A DNA stretch of 33,097 bases from Octopus bimaculoides. Taxonomy: Eukaryota. The position numbers and the translations under genes were made by a program. Location: the NCBI RefSeq assembly GCF_001194135.2, contig NC_068998.1, forward strand, positions 16,001,916 through 16,035,012, read 5' to 3'. This document shows, in pieces, positions 1 to 10,761 of this stretch (positions within the stretch are counted from its first letter, which is position 1; each line of letters starts with the position of its first letter). The notes below the pieces were generated by a model, which had not been told where the DNA came from, ran no database searches, and worked only from the letters and a program-made list of their open reading frames with translations.

Positions 1-82
1 GACTGGAGCCTAGTGCAACTCTCCTGCTTGCCAGCTCTGATCAAACCTTCCAACCCATGCCAGCATGGAAAATGGACATTAA

Positions 83-119
<37 letters not shown>

Positions 120-120
120 C
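1..120 (+). mobile_element. RTE-LINE 3' end copy with (GAT)n tail
   Basis: ...tccaacccatgccagcatggaaaatggacattaaag(gat)n, the same tail that follows the RT C-terminus at 12385-12845. Confidence 0.75.
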
Positions 121-189
121 GATTCCACCAATACTATTCCCTATTCCCAGTTGAAAAGTTTTTGTCTTGCAAAGTATTTGGTGATCCTC

Positions 190-410
190 TCAGTGACGGT
201 GCCGCAGCCATGTAAAAAAAAAAAGCACCCAGAACACTCTGTAAAGTGGTTGGCATTATTAGGAAGGGCATTCAGCAATAGAAACCATGCCAAAACAGAC
301 AATGGAGTCTTGTGTGGTTCCTGGCATTGCCAGCTCCTGTCAAGCTGTCTGACCCATGTCAGCATGGAAAATGGACTTTAAATGATTATGTTGATGATGA
401 TAATGATGAT
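190..410 (+). mobile_element. RTE-LINE 3'UTR copy (diverged)
   Basis: agcacccagaacactctgtaaagtggttggc...aggaagggcat...gacccatgtcagcatggaaaatggac...gatgat. Confidence 0.7.
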
Positions 411-498
411 GGCAACATCTGTATTTATTTGTATTTTTCAAGTTTTTTGATGTAGTCAAGCACCGTATTATATTTCTGTTACCTTTTGTTTTATATAT

Positions 499-502
499 TT
501 AC

Positions 503-533
<31 letters not shown>

Positions 534-809
534 TGTATGTATGCATGTAGTATGATTGTATGTATGTACATCTTGATAGATCCTGTAACATTCTGTATTG
601 AATTATCATTATTATTATCATTATTATTATTATTATTATCATTATTATTATTATTATCATTATTATCATCATTATTATTATTATTATCATTATTATTATA
701 ATTATTATCATTATTATTATCATTATTATTATTATTATTATCATTATTATTATTATCATCATTATTATTATTATTATTATTATCATTATTATTATCATTA
801 TTATTATCA

Positions 810-840
<31 letters not shown>

Positions 841-885
841 TTTATTTGTTGTTGTTATTTTTGTTACTGCCATTGTTGTTTGTAC
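499..885. repeat. (ATGT)n followed by a long (TAT/CAT)n compound microsatellite
   Basis: Directly visible; source of the poly-I/Y/L ORFs. Confidence 0.95.
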
Positions 886-1655
886 TGAGGTGACATTTAT
901 AACAGAGTTCCAGAGAAAATTGGATTTGTCGTGGTTTACTTAATGGAAATAAGGTTCTTTTTTTTATTATTTCATTTTGTTAACAAGAGACTTTGGAACA
1001 ATTGGATGTCTATCGTCATTACTTGGAGTGGAGGATATGTCTGTTATTGCACATTTTGATACTGCTTAAATGTTTTTCTTTTTGATTTTGCAAAATCTAT
1101 ACGTTGCAAAATAGCTGACTCAGTAGTGACAGTTAGAAGTGCTTCCAGGAGTACTGGTTGTTCTAACATAAACAAGCATGCCAAACTGTTACTCAGACTC
1201 ATAAAAATTTGGCACATATACCTGCACAATAGAGGACATAAAAAAAGATTGGAGAGGAAAATAATTTAAATAAAAAAAACACAAAATATTTTCTAACTTT
1301 GTGGAAAAGAGGTGTAACTTGATTTGAGCTAGCTCAAAGAAAAGGAAAACTGTGTGACAAAAACCAGTACTTCCTTTCCTAACGAATTCATCTGAGTTAG
1401 GGGAAGAAGGTAAACTTTAACTGTTTTTTTAAACTGACCTTTCCATATGCCTGCAATGGAAGAGTTAGAATCTCTGACCAATGTGTGACATGATATGTGT
1501 TCCATTTACTAGAGGAGGGCAAATGGAACTGTGTGCTTGGTCTTTTTAGATCAAGAGCAAGGTGAAAATTAGGGAGTGCTGGTGTACCACACCCACTCAC
1601 AGGCTGCACTATATGAGGAGATGAAAAGGTAGTTATGGTCAGAGATACTGGTATC

Positions 1656-1912
1656 GATATCGACATGTGATTCTTTGTTACTTTTGTGTGGCAGTAAGGA
1701 CAGGTGACAAGCAGAGAGGTGCATACAACATCTGGTTAATGTGCCCTGCAAGTTCTGATAACTTCAAAAATCACAAGGATACTTGATATTGACACATGGT
1801 TCTTTGTCACTTTTGTGTGGTATTAAGTACAGGTGACAAGTAGAGAGGTGGCATGCAACATCTGGTTAGGTGTGCCCTGAAGGTTCTAATAACTCTGAAA
1901 ATCACAAGGATA
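1656..1912. repeat. Diverged tandem duplication of about 129 bp (1656-1782 and 1785-1912)
   Basis: Both copies read gatat(c/t)gaca..ttctttgt(t/c)acttttgtgtgg...caggtgacaag(c/t)agagaggt...caacatctggtta...gtgccctg...aaaatcacaaggata. Confidence 0.85.
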
Positions 1913-2369
1913 TTCCAGAGTTGTACCTTTTGCAGGAGCTGAGGAGGTGGTCAATCTGATGTTCCTATGCTATACATGTGGGAGTAAGATCCACTTCAGT
2001 AAATTTTTTCCCAGAAAAAAAGAAGGAAAAAGAGAAGGGGAAAGAGAGTGGTGGGATATAACAAGAGGACCCAGAGACTGTTTCCAAAGAATCAACTGTT
2101 GTAACTATCTGGATAGTCAGAGTAGAAGAAATCATCTTGTCTTCAGCATCGAGTGCCAACAAAGCACTAAAATGTGGTATTAAACTACAAGAAGTAGTAA
2201 GTGGTCTCAATTAGTGCAACAATAGAAAGAAATCAAACAGTATCATAAACTATATAATATTTGATCATCATCATCACCACCACCACTATCGTTGAGATCA
2301 TCATCATCATCATCCTCATCCTCATTATTATTTAACGTCTGTTTTTTGTCATGTTGGCATGGATTGGAT

Positions 2370-2669
2370 CAGGGGTTTTCAAACTGTGGTCCGCGGACCA
2401 CAGGGGGTCCGCAAGGACAAGACAGGGGGTCTGTGGACAGCAAATACTTTTTATGGGCAATTTGGTTTTATATATGTTTTTTAATCGAAATATTTTAATT
2501 GACAATAAACCTATTTGTTAAATACTATTAAATAAATAAATGTAAAAATATGTTATTCTAAGCAAATATTTATGTATAAATTTCATAAGCGTTTATAAGG
2601 GGGTCCGGTCCCTAAGGTAAAGCCTGAAATATAAAGGGGTCCGCAAGGCAAAAAGTTTGAAAACCCCTG
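2370..2669. mobile_element. hAT-superfamily MITE, 300 bp
   Basis: Perfect 16-bp TIRs CAGGGGTTTTCAAACT / AGTTTGAAAACCCCTG, a perfect 8-bp TSD GATTGGAT (2362-2369 and 2670-2677) and subterminal GGGGTCCGC repeats. No ORF. Confidence 0.92.
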
Positions 2670-3042
2670 GATTGGATGGTTTGACTGGATTGAACAAAGC
2701 TGTAAGGCTGTTTTGGGTCCCGATCTGAGTTCAAATTCCACTGAGGTTGACTCTGCCTTTCATACTTTTAGAGTTGATTCAATAAGTACCATTCAAGTAC
2801 AGGGGTTGATGTATTGATGAAAATGACTTGTCTTTCCACTAAAATTGCAGGTGTACAGCCAAAATTTGAAGCCAATGTAATTGTTGCTGTTGTGATTAAC
2901 TACTGTTGCTGTTGATACTGCTGATGTTAAATCTACTACTGATGTTGTTAATACTATTGCTTGCTCTCACTGTTAATAATTTTACTGCTGTTGTTAATAT
3001 TACTGTTTGCTAATAGTGGTGTTATTATTTGTGCTGCTGTTC

Positions 3043-3620
3043 AAGGCTGTGAGCTGGCAGAATTTTTAGTATGTTGGGCAAAGTGCTTAGCAGTATTTCA
3101 TATGTTTTTATGTTCTGGGTTAAAATTCCGCCAGGGTCGGCTTTGCCATTCATCCTTTTGGGTGAGTCAATGAAATAAGTACTAGTTGAGTACCGGGAGT
3201 GGCTGTGTGGTAAGTAGCTTGCTTACCAAGCACATGGCTTCGGGTTCAGTCCCACTGCATGGCACCTTGGGCAAGTATCTTCTACTATAGCCTTGGGCTG
3301 ACCAAAGCCTTGTGAGTGAATTTGGTAGACGGAAACTGAAAGAAGCCCATCGTATATGTGTGTGTGTGTATGTGAGTGTGTTTGTGAGTCTGTGTTTGTC
3401 CCCCACCCTTGCTTGACAACCGATGTTGATGTGTTTACATCCCCATAACTTATCGGTTCAGCAGCAAAAGAGACCGATAGAATAAGTACTAGGCTTCCAA
3501 AGAATAAGTCCTGGGGTTGATTTGTTCAATTGAAACAAATGACTGAAACAAATAAAAGAATAAAAGAAAAGAATAATCGACCGGTTCCCTCCCCCCAAAT
3601 TTCAGTATAAAGGATAATTA
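3043..3620 (+). mobile_element. SINE family B copy (3043-3194 plus 3574-3620) interrupted by a SINE family C copy (about 3195-3570)
   Basis: B head aaggctgtgagctggcagaat...; C head ggagtggctgtgtggtaag...gggttcagtcccactg with A/B-box-like motifs, a TG-repeat middle and an aataaaagaat tail. B sequence (taatcgac..ccctccccccaaatttcag) resumes after C. Confidence 0.75.
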
Positions 3621-3688
3621 TTATTATTATTATTATTATTATTATCATTATTATTATTATTTTTATTATTATTATTATTATTATTATT

Positions 3689-4090
3689 AGGGTGGTGAGC
3701 TGGCAGAATTGTTAGTATTCTGGGCAAAATGCTTAGTGGTATTTCATGTCTTAATGTTCAAATCCCACTGAGGTCGACTTTGCCTTTCATCCTTTCGGGG
3801 CCGATGAAATAAGTACCAGTTGAGTGCTGGGGTTGATGTAATCAACTAGCCCCCCTCCTTCAAACTTTCAGGCCTTGTGCCTATAGTAGAAAAGATTATT
3901 TTTGTGCTGCTGTGTTGCAGTTCTTTCTACGTTCTGAGTTCAAATCCCGCTGGGATTTGTCTTTCAATTTTGTCCTTCATCCTTTCGAAGGTTGATTAAA
4001 AATAAGGTACCAGTCACGTACAGGGATCAGTGTAATTAGTTGAACCCCCCCCACCTCTCCCTCCTGAAATTGCTGGTCTTGTGCCAAAAT
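3689..4090 (+). mobile_element. Two adjacent SINE family B copies (tRNA-derived; second 5'-truncated)
   Basis: gagctggcagaattgttag...aaatgcttag...ttcaaatccc...ctttgcctttcatcctttcgggg...ataagtaccag...tttcaggccttgtgcctatagtagaaa. Confidence 0.8.
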
Positions 4091-4197
4091 CGGAAAGAGC
4101 TATTTGTACTGCTGTTAATACCACTGCTGCTGTCTTTGTTAATACCGCTGCTGCTGTCGGTAATACCGCTGCCGCTGTTGGTAATACCGCTGCTGCT
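4090..4197. repeat. About 21-bp minisatellite (gttggtaataccgctgctgct-like, 4-5 units)
   Basis: Repeated taatacc(g/a)ctgc(t/c)gctg units. Confidence 0.8.
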
Positions 4198-4199
4198 AA

Positions 4200-4570
4200 C
4201 ATAACCATTGCTTGCTGCTTCCACTGGTAATACTTATACTGTTGTTAATAGAGCTGCTGCTGCTGTTGTGTGATTGCTTCCATTTCTGCTGCTGCTGCTG
4301 CTGTTATCTCTCCTGCATCCTGTGTGTGTGGCGTTGGGTGACAGAGTGTTACATGTGTTGTTATTTCTTGCTACTGTCTCTACTGTTGCTGCTACAGTTG
4401 TTGCTGTTGTTGCTGCTGCTGCTGCTGTTGCTGCAGTTGCTGCTGCTACTGAGATTTATCGACCAGCGCAGATGACAGTCAGGTATCATCAGTATCAACC
4501 TCAACAGACACAACTGGTAAAAATCAATTCCACTAACAGAAATACAGCATTTAGCTGTACTAATTAGTCG

Positions 4571-4613
<43 letters not shown>

Positions 4614-5711
4614 GCAGCAGCAGCAACAACTACAGACTGTAACAGTCAAATACAACTGTAACAACAATAACAACAACATCAACCAAGAACATTAGCAACA
4701 ACATTAGCAACAACACCAAGAATTTCTCTATCACAAACCACCCATGTTTCAATCTAGGGCAATGCTTTGGATTATTGTTAATATTATTATTATCATCATT
4801 ATTATTATTATTACTATTATTATTATTATTATTATCATTATTATTGTTGTATTATTACTAATTTGATAAAGAAAGTGTTATTGTTGTTGTTGTTGTTGTT
4901 TCTCACAGAATTTTCCATACCATTTCTATCTGTGCCGATGCCAAATATGTAAGGGGATGGAGACGGTGCGGTGGTGGTGGTGGTGGTGGTGGTGGTGGTG
5001 GGGAGGAGGAAAGATTCAGCAATAATAATCATATGTTCCTGTAGACTTTCTGTCTTTTTTCTTTCTTTCTTTCGTTCTTTCTTTCTTTCTTTCCTTCTTT
5101 CCATTTCTCCTCTTCCCCTCCTCCTCCTTTGTTTACATCAGTACCATGAGGACCACCACCACCATTCCATCACTACCACCACTACTACCACTGCCACCAC
5201 CATTACCACCACCACCACCACCACTTCTGTCACTGCCATCATCGCCACCACCGTCATCTTCATTATAGTCATCATCATGGTTGCCCTTTTTGTCATTGTC
5301 ATAATCATTGTCATCATTGTCACCACCACAACCACCATCACCACAATCATCATCATCATCATCATCATCATATCACCATCACCATCTTCTTCATCACCAT
5401 CTTCTTCATCACCATCATCATCTTTGTTTTCATCTCTTCCAAGTCTCTCTTCTTATATCAGAACTGTTCCATGTGTCTGTATACATACACACACACACAC
5501 ACACACTCACACGTACGTATGCACGCACACGCACGTATGCACGCATGCAGGCACACACACACACACGCATACATGCACAAACACACATACACAGACACAT
5601 AAACACTCACCCTATAGCTATATAAGAATCACACATGTCAACTTGTCAAGTCTGACTAAATCCAACTACTGATTTATACTAGTTTCCTCTAAATAAAAGA
5701 AATGAAGGCAA

Positions 5712-5754
<43 letters not shown>

Positions 5755-5760
5755 ATTAAA
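4200..5760. repeat. Compound low-complexity tract: (CTG/TTG), (CAA/CAG), (ATT), (GGT), (CTTT), (CAC/CAT), (CA), (TA)
   Basis: Directly visible; explains the 233-aa poly-T/I/S ORF 4971-5672. Confidence 0.9.
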
Positions 5761-5947
5761 ATTCAATGTCTAATGTCTGCTTTTCTGTTTGTGTGTACCA
5801 TGATTTTAGTGACAACAGTACATTGTGGTGATAAAATGTTTTGACAAATGTACTCTTAAACACAAGCTCTATTACCTAAAATAATTTCCAGTACATTTCT
5901 AGGTTCTACAACCCTCAAAACAGAAGAATGTTGTTCTTTAACATAGT

Positions 5948-5991
<44 letters not shown>

Positions 5992-6021
5992 TACACATAT
6001 ATTTATGTATCTATGTATGTA

Positions 6022-6330
6022 TCATCATCATTATCATCATTGCTTAACATCTGTTCCCATACTGGTATGAACTGGTTGGTTTGACAGGAGCCATCACACT
6101 AGAGGACTGCACAAAGCTCCAATGTTTGCTTTGGCATGGTTTCTATGGCTGGATGATGCCCTTTCTAATGCTAACCACTTCACAGTGGATACTGAGTGCA
6201 TTTTATATAGCATCAGTACAAGTGAGGCTACCAAATATTTGGCAAGACAAGACCCCCTTGAATGAGGAAGTGCAGTCTTGAGAGAGATGGCTTTATGCTC
6301 AGTATGGATACAGGTATCGTGCAGTGGAGG
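6022..6330 (-). mobile_element. Older RTE-LINE 3'UTR copy
   Basis: (cat)n-cttaacatctg..ccatactgg...ggtttctatggctggatg..ccctttctaatgctaaccactt is the reverse complement of the tail family. Confidence 0.6.
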
Positions 6331-6399
6331 AGTTTCAAGGCTGTTTTTGTTGGAAAATGAGAGAAGATATTGTAGGAATGTCAGGGCATACCTTCAAGT

Positions 6400-7110
6400 T
6401 ACAAAAACAAACGTTGCAAAGCATTTAGAGTGGAGTAAAAACCTACAGAATTGGTCCCTAGAGCAGTGGAAGAATGTTATTTCTCAGATGAGTCATCCTT
6501 TACCTTATTTCTGACCACTGGCCAAGTATATGTGTGGACACAGCCAAAAGAAGCATTTGACCCAGACTGTCTTCTTCCAATTGTTAAACATGGAGGAAGA
6601 TCTGTGATGATCTGGGGGGCTATATCTTGGAAATCCGCCAGCCCAATGGTTTCCCTTCATGGCAGAATTAATAGTCAAGACTATTTAAGTATTTTATCTG
6701 ATCAAATTCATCCTATGGTTGCGGAATTGTTTCCGGAGGAAAATGCAATCTTTTCAGGATGATAATACACCAATTCACATAGCTAAAGTTGTTACTGAAT
6801 GGCACGAGGAACATTCTAGTGAAGTTGAACATCTTATCTGGCCACCACAGTCCCCAGATCTCAGTATTATTGAACATTTATGGTGTATTTTAGAAAAACA
6901 AGTAAGGAGTTGATATCCACCATCATCACTACAAGAACTGGAGACTCTTTTGGCTGAAGAATGGACAAAAATTCCTCTGGAAACAATTCAAATTTTGTAT
7001 ACCTCGTAGAATCCAAGCTGTAATTACAGTCGCCAAAGGCAGTCCTATCCCGTATTAAAATAAATTTGTTTGAAATTTTAAGGTGTTTCCATTATTTTGC
7101 CCAACCCCTA
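6400..7110 (+). mobile_element. Decayed Tc1-like DNA transposon (3' half), catalytic spacing D..D-x36-E, right TIR retained
   Basis: TKTNVAKHLEWSKNLQNWSLEQWKNVI / FSDESSF...VKHGGRSVMIWGAI... / QDDNTPIH...WPPQSPDLSIIEHLW, with two frameshifts and a TGA at 6911. The right end aaggtgtttccattattttgcccaacccct followed by TA is a Tc1-type TIR. The 5' TIR and DNA-binding domain are absent. Confidence 0.93.
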
Positions 7111-7204
7111 TATAGTATGTATAATATATGTAGTGTATATGTTATGTCTAGAGGAAGAAATTGGGTGGGGGAAGGGGCCAGTTTTGCATATACATATATA
7201 TTGT

Positions 7205-8667
7205 GCTTTCTTGATCTCAGTTTTGCTGACATGGGTAGGTTTTCTGAGAGCTGCTTGTTGCTAGTCATCCCAGTTCTTTATCATCTTCTCTGTGGGGTTC
7301 AAGATCCTGAGATCAGCTTTCACCACTTCATCCCATATCGTCCAGTATCTCTCTCTCTCTCTCACTCTTGTAAACTCCATCCACATTAAGGGATTGGCAC
7401 TTCATTATACAGCCGTTCTCATCCATATGCATCACCTGCCCATACCAGTGCAGTCTTTTTTCTTGAACACTATGTCTGATTTCTCTTTAAACTTTGGTAG
7501 ACAGGTAGGTAAGTGACAAAGGTAACTAATATTAAATTCATCGCTGAAATCATTGCTCACATTCTCTTTGCTTTGTACATAGCTTCATAGATCCTTCATA
7601 ACCTAGCCATCTACTCCTAATTTCTTTGGTAACCATCAAATTACTAAGCATGCTACACTGTTAAATGCCTTCTCTTGTTTACTCTTGAAAGTTTTCTCCT
7701 GAAGCTGCATCACATGGAAGACTGTATCTGTTCTATCTCTTCCAGACATGAAGCCAAACTACTTTTCATCTAGGTCTACTCTGTCATAGATCAATTATGA
7801 TATAACTCTCTCCACAAACTTCTTAACCTGACCCAATAGCTTAATTACTTTATAGTTTTCTCACCCTAAGGTATCTCCTTTGCCTTTGTTTCAGTTGATG
7901 ATGCTATGGCTATGCCAGTCATTGAGTACGATTTGTTGTTGGCACTCCGTCGCTTACGACGTCAAGGGTTCCAGTTGATCCGATCAACGGAACAGCCTGC
8001 TCATGAAATTAACGTGCAAGTGGCTGAGCATTCCACAGACACGTGTACCCTTAACATAGTTCTCTGGGAGATTCAGCATGACACAGTGTGACAAGGCTGA
8101 CCCTGTGAATTACAGGCACAACAGAAAATGGAAGTAAGAGTGAGAGAAAGTTGTGGTGAAAGAGTACAGCAGGGTTCGCCACCATCCCCTGCCGGAGCCT
8201 CGTGGAACTTTAGGTGTTTTCGCTCAATAAACACTCACAACGCCTGGTCTGGGAATCGAAACCGTGATCCTATGACCACGAGTCCGCTGCCCTAACCACT
8301 GGGCCATTGCGCCTCCACCATTGAGTATGATACCTTCCTGGAAAACTTGATTAACTGTCCAGATGGGAGACATGCATCTTTACCTCACAAAACATTTTAA
8401 GCATCTCTGCAACTATCCCTGAGGGATCTACAGCTTTCCCTCTCTTCATGTCCTTAATCAGTTCATCCACCGTGTTACTGTTGACTTGAATCTCTGGTCC
8501 CTCTGTAGGGGCCAGTATTAGGTAGCTCCTTTAGAGCTCATGCATTCCCCACTTCAGCAGCCAGTTAGGATAGCATTTTCACACCACTTACTGGTCTGCC
8601 ATATTGATGGCTTGTATGCCTTCCTTATTCTGAATACACTCACCAATGACATCTCAGTTCTCTCACA
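7205..8667 (-). mobile_element. Decayed, internally deleted RTE-clade LINE (RT region to C-terminus), interrupted by a SINE at 7933-8318
   Basis: Minus-strand translation: PTEGPEIQVNSNTVDELIKDMKRGKAVDPSGIVAEMLK...KGKGDTLG*ENYKVIKLLGQVKKFVERVI...FGFMSGRDRTDTVFHVMQLQEK...EKAFNSV...RLHWYGQVMHMDENGC. These are RTE RT motifs with many stops and frameshifts. Confidence 0.88.
7933..8318 (-). mobile_element. Full-length tRNA-derived SINE, family A (tRNA-Arg-like head; probably the octopus OR-type SINE)
   Basis: Minus-strand head GTGGAGGCGCAATGGCCCAGTGGTTAGGGCAGCGGACTCG..GGTTTCGATTCCC (A and B boxes) and a (CAA)n tail. 13-bp TSD cattgagtacgat (7920-7932) / cattgagtatgat (8319-8331). Confidence 0.92.
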
Positions 8668-8694
8668 CACCACCACCACTACCACCACCATATG

Positions 8695-8858
8695 CATATA
8701 TGTGTGGTTGGCGTTAGGAAGGGCATCCAGCTGTAGAAACTCTGCCAAATTTAGATTGGAGCCTGGTGTTGCCATCCGGTTTCACCAGTCCTCAGTCAAA
8801 TCGTCCAACCCATGCTAGCATGGAAAGCGGACGTTAAACGATGATGATGATGATGATG
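8695..8858 (+). mobile_element. RTE-LINE 3' end copy with (GAT)n tail; an identical copy lies at 9594-9757 across the gap
   Basis: ttggcgttaggaagggcatccagctgtagaaactctgccaaa...catgctagcatggaaagcggacgttaaac(gat)n. Confidence 0.85.
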
Positions 8859-8999
8859 TACATATATGTATACATATATGTATATATATATATATATATA
8901 TACATATATATGTATGTATATATATATACATATATATATACATATATATATACATATATATATATGTATATATATATACATATATATATGTATATATAT

Positions 9000-9593
9000 N
9001 NNNNNNNNNNNNNNNNNNNNNNNNNNNNNNNNNNNNNNNNNNNNNNNNNNNNNNNNNNNNNNNNNNNNNNNNNNNNNNNNNNNNNNNNNNNNNNNNNNNN
9101 NNNNNNNNNNNNNNNNNNNNNNNNNNNNNNNNNNNNNNNNNNNNNNNNNNNNNNNNNNNNNNNNNNNNNNNNNNNNNNNNNNNNNNNNNNNNNNNNNNNN
9201 NNNNNNNNNNNNNNNNNNNNNNNNNNNNNNNNNNNNNNNNNNNNNNNNNNNNNNNNNNNNNNNNNNNNNNNNNNNNNNNNNNNNNNNNNNNNNNNNNNNN
9301 NNNNNNNNNNNNNNNNNNNNNNNNNNNNNNNNNNNNNNNNNNNNNNNNNNNNNNNNNNNNNNNNNNNNNNNNNNNNNNNNNNNNNNNNNNNNNNNNNNNN
9401 NNNNNNNNNNNNNNNNNNNNNNNNNNNNNNNNNNNNNNNNNNNNNNNNNNNNNNNNNNNNNNNNNNNNNNNNNNNNNNNNNNNNNNNNNNNNNNNNNNNN
9501 NNNNNNNNNNNNNNNNNNNNNNNNNNNNNNNNNNNNNNNNNNNNNNNNNNNNNNNNNNNNNNNNNNNNNNNNNNNNNNNNNNNNNNNNNNNNN
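9000..9593. other. Assembly gap (one of 10: 9000-9593, 10235-10761, 15829-16076, 18988-19024, 21053-21062, 22720-22729, 23990-24373, 25143-25719, 26744-27578, 31508-31616)
   Basis: Runs of N, nearly all bordered by (TA)n, (CA)n, (GAT)n or G-runs. Confidence 0.99.
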
Positions 9594-9757
9594 CATATAT
9601 GTGTGGTTGGCGTTAGGAAGGGCATCCAGCTGTAGAAACTCTGCCAAATTTAGATTGGAGCCTGGTGTTGCCATCCGGTTTCACCAGTCCTCAGTCAAAT
9701 CGTCCAACCCATGCTAGCATGGAAAGCGGACGTTAAACGATGATGATGATGATGATG
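9594..9757 (+). mobile_element. RTE-LINE 3' end copy (probable assembly duplicate of 8695-8858)
   Basis: Base-for-base identical to 8695-8858, including the catatatgtgtgg flank. Confidence 0.8.
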
Positions 9758-9791
9758 ATATATACATATATATATATACATATATATATAC

Positions 9792-9822
<31 letters not shown>

Positions 9823-9842
9823 TATATATGTATATATATATA

Positions 9843-9893
<51 letters not shown>

Positions 9894-10085
9894 GTATCTG
9901 TATTTGTTTGTGCATGTCTGCTAGTATACGAGAATGAGTGTGTATGTTCAAAAGTATAAAGAAGAAAAGAAAAATAACTAAATGAATAAAAAGATAATAA
10001 CAGGCAACAAAATAAAATGCAATAAAATAAAACGAAATGGTCTTCCTTTCTTCTTATGAAGGCAGATATTGACATGACTAATGGA

Positions 10086-10128
10086 GTCACATGACAGCTG
10101 AGTCATGTGACCTTAATAGTCACATGAC
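10086..10128. promoter_or_regulatory. Candidate bHLH-ZIP E-box cluster (3 x GTCACATGAC plus CAGCTG)
   Basis: GTCACATGAC 10086-10095, CAGCTG 10095-10100, GTCATGTGAC 10102-10111 (reverse complement), GTCACATGAC 10119-10128. Function is inferred only. Confidence 0.3.
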
Positions 10129-10761
10129 TGATTGTTAACATAATAATAAAAAAAAGTAAGCAGAAAAGTAAAGTACCTATGTCTAATGGAACCAAATAAT
10201 CTTTGGCTCTGTGTGGAGGAGTGCGGGGGGGGGGNNNNNNNNNNNNNNNNNNNNNNNNNNNNNNNNNNNNNNNNNNNNNNNNNNNNNNNNNNNNNNNNNN
10301 NNNNNNNNNNNNNNNNNNNNNNNNNNNNNNNNNNNNNNNNNNNNNNNNNNNNNNNNNNNNNNNNNNNNNNNNNNNNNNNNNNNNNNNNNNNNNNNNNNNN
10401 NNNNNNNNNNNNNNNNNNNNNNNNNNNNNNNNNNNNNNNNNNNNNNNNNNNNNNNNNNNNNNNNNNNNNNNNNNNNNNNNNNNNNNNNNNNNNNNNNNNN
10501 NNNNNNNNNNNNNNNNNNNNNNNNNNNNNNNNNNNNNNNNNNNNNNNNNNNNNNNNNNNNNNNNNNNNNNNNNNNNNNNNNNNNNNNNNNNNNNNNNNNN
10601 NNNNNNNNNNNNNNNNNNNNNNNNNNNNNNNNNNNNNNNNNNNNNNNNNNNNNNNNNNNNNNNNNNNNNNNNNNNNNNNNNNNNNNNNNNNNNNNNNNNN
10701 NNNNNNNNNNNNNNNNNNNNNNNNNNNNNNNNNNNNNNNNNNNNNNNNNNNNNNNNNNNNN

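Noticed and set aside
6081-6913. ORFs 6278-6514, 6451-6762 and 6719-6913 as host genes
   Set aside because: They are frameshifted pieces of the decayed Tc1-like transposase and adjacent LINE UTR.
7933-8318. tRNA-like sequence at the SINE heads (also 15200-15281 and families B and C)
   Set aside because: They have A/B boxes but no complete cloverleaf or acceptor stem, and they are embedded in multi-copy elements with TSDs and tails. These are SINEs, not tRNA genes.
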